From Azolla caroliniana (lineage: Eukaryota > Plantae > Polypodiophyta), in NCBI GenBank assembly GCA_043228905.1, contig JBHGNT010000009.1, positions 2,294,001 to 2,358,000 on the forward strand: a stretch of DNA of 64,000 nucleotides, in the 5' to 3' direction. Shown piece by piece: positions 62,146 through 64,000 of this stretch. The notes beneath the pieces are model-generated. The model had not been told where the DNA came from. It did no database searches and saw only the letters and a program-made list of their open reading frames with translations. Position numbers and translations under genes: made by a program. Positions within the stretch are counted from its first letter, which is position 1. Each line of letters starts with the position of its first letter.

Positions 62146-63138
62146 TTCAATGGAAGAGATACGACCCCGGCTTTGAGCCGGACCAAGGTAGGTTACAACC
62201 GCAATCTGCCGCCAAGCCGCCGATCGGGGAGCTCACAGCTCGTTGCGCCGAGGGGGGTCTTGCACAGGAGACCGAGCAGAAGCAAACCCTAGACAAACAC
62301 GAACTCTCAACCCTCACGATGAGGAAGAAGAAGATGAAGGAGAAGAAGAAAGAAACTACCTAACCCTAAGTCTAACGGTATACCCTCCTAACTCAAAATG
62401 GGCAACCCCTTCAAAAAGGGCGGTCCCTTCCTTTTATAGAACAAGGAGAGGGATGCGTAACAATGTGGGATAAATCCCTTATTACATGGGATCCTCTGTC
62501 CCGAATTAACTACTATTCGGCGCCATGATGGCGCCCCTATCATTTACATGATTTGTACAAGGGTGAGTGCACACACTCCACCCCGCCGATTCTTCCGATA
62601 TTCTCCGATTTCTCACTATGGCCCGAAGTCTTCACGACACCGCGTTGAACAACGGATCTGGGACGTCACCGGATGGGACGATCTGGTTGAAGAAAAGACT
62701 AGCTTCGTGGAAGCCACATGCCAGAACTACGAGGCTCTGGTAGAAGACAAGCGCGCGGGAAGGGCTGGAGGGGATGTTCCCTCACAGCGGTAAGAGACCC
62801 GGTTCGGACAAAAATAGAACGATGTCGGCAACACCGGGGTGCTAGATAAAACGAACGGGCCGGTTACCGGCTGAGCACGGAGATTGAGAGGTCAACGGAC
62901 CTACGGAAGGTCCTCGAGGAGTGGATTCTCGACAGCAAGGTGGAGCTATCGCTGAGGGAGGTGCTCAGAATCGCCAAGAAGGAGTTCCGTGACTCCATTA
63001 TGGACTTGGTGAAGCGAAAGCGGCTCTCGACGGAACCAGAGCCGGAGAAGCCCGTGGAGGTGCGGACGACGCACCTAGAAGACACGGCCCTAGAGGATGA
63101 GTCGGATCGGCGTACACACGCATGAAGAGCCAGGACGG

Positions 63139-63874
63139 TGTCGTGCTATTACGCGCGTGCGTGTAGAAGGGCGGGACCACAGGGGTCTTAGACGAGGGAA
63201 GAAGGGAAGCCGAGAAGATGATTCCGGACGCGTTTCGGAAGCAACCAGATGAGGGAGAGAGAGAGAGAGAGAGGAAGAGAGAGCGTGTGCACTTGACACC
63301 AACTCATGCCCTTATGTACAGAAACGGAGGTAAGAGGACGCCAAAACACCCACACAGACACCGATACGTAGAACCCTCCGCACATATATTACAAGATGAA
63401 GATACAATACCGGCATCGAGCCTGACCTAAGTAGCTCAGGTTGCAACAGTCATCTACTACCAAGCCGCCGGTCGGGGAGCTCTCGGGCTTGTCGCGCCGA
63501 GCGGGGTCTTGCACAGGGGATAGGGCAGCAAACAGAAACACTAGAAGTCCCGGCTTGATGCACAGAACGACGAAGAGGAAGAAGCTGAGGAAAGAAGAAG
63601 AAGAAACGAAACCCTAAAACAAGAGGAAGAGAAAGAGATGGTGTCTCTTAATCCAACGGTATACCCTACGAATGCAAAAATGGGCAACCCTTCTACAAGG
63701 GACCATCCCTTCCTTTTATAGAACAAGGAGAGGGATGCGTTACAATGTGGGATAAATCCCGATTTACATGGGATTCTTCGTCCCGACTTATACGAGGGTT
63801 AGTGCACATGGTGCACCTCGCCGATGTAGCCAATATTTCCCGGTTTCCGCCTCTGGCCGAAATTCTTCACGACA
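63139..63874 (-). mobile_element. Solo LTR related to the element B LTR
   Basis: TG...CA ends; perfect TSD ACGG; similar to 25506-26276. Confidence 0.92.
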
Positions 63875-64000
63875 ACGGGCAGCGCTCCGTTCAATTTTTG
63901 ACGGTGAGGTCGAACCATGAGCGTAACCGTGAGACCCTCGGCAGCAAGAGCGAAGGGGATTTTTAGAGAGGGCTATCAAGGCGTGGGGTCGTGATAGTCC

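Larger units (their letters stand above)
23514..62639 (-). mobile_element. Phygy-like element E: 3' LTR 23514-24306 and truncated 5' LTR ~61930-62639; interior replaced by nested elements
   Basis: Two homologous LTRs in the same orientation; flanks CCGT/CCGC restore the host gag; PPT remnant tccg at 24307. Confidence 0.8.
21660..64000 (+). mobile_element. Phygy-like element F: 5' LTR 21660-22293, PBS-Trp, gag 22340-23513, resuming at 62640 and running off the window end
   Basis: gag breaks at ...KKEEADR (23513) and resumes RVEQRIWDVTGWDD (62640), collinear with element A (KKDEADRAEKRVQEVTGWSD). Confidence 0.85.

Overview
Eukaryotic, almost certainly plant DNA (moss/bryophyte-like, inferred from the element lineages). 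It is a heterochromatin-type nest of LTR retrotransposons around one apparent host gene, an intronless EXT1-like GT47 glycosyltransferase (16417-17697). Three element groups are present. (i) tRNA-Trp-primed non-chromovirus Ty3/gypsy (Phygy-like) elements, both autonomous-type and gag-only non-autonomous. (ii) Self-primed Tcn1-like chromoviruses. (iii) Several Ty1/copia elements. One insertion (23514-62639) brackets about 39 kb of nested elements. Best sequence-level observations: Phygy-like insertions consistently have a 4-bp target with a central CpG (or its deaminated product); a covarying hairpin with a palindromic loop precedes every intact Phygy-like polypurine tract; a conserved GGAUUUU plus pseudoknot -1 frameshift signal lies between protease and RT; four unrelated LTR families carry tRNA-like Pol III A/B-box cassettes; and two Tcn1-like families show covarying self-priming PBS/R pairs. 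All coordinates were read by eye and may be off by a few bases.
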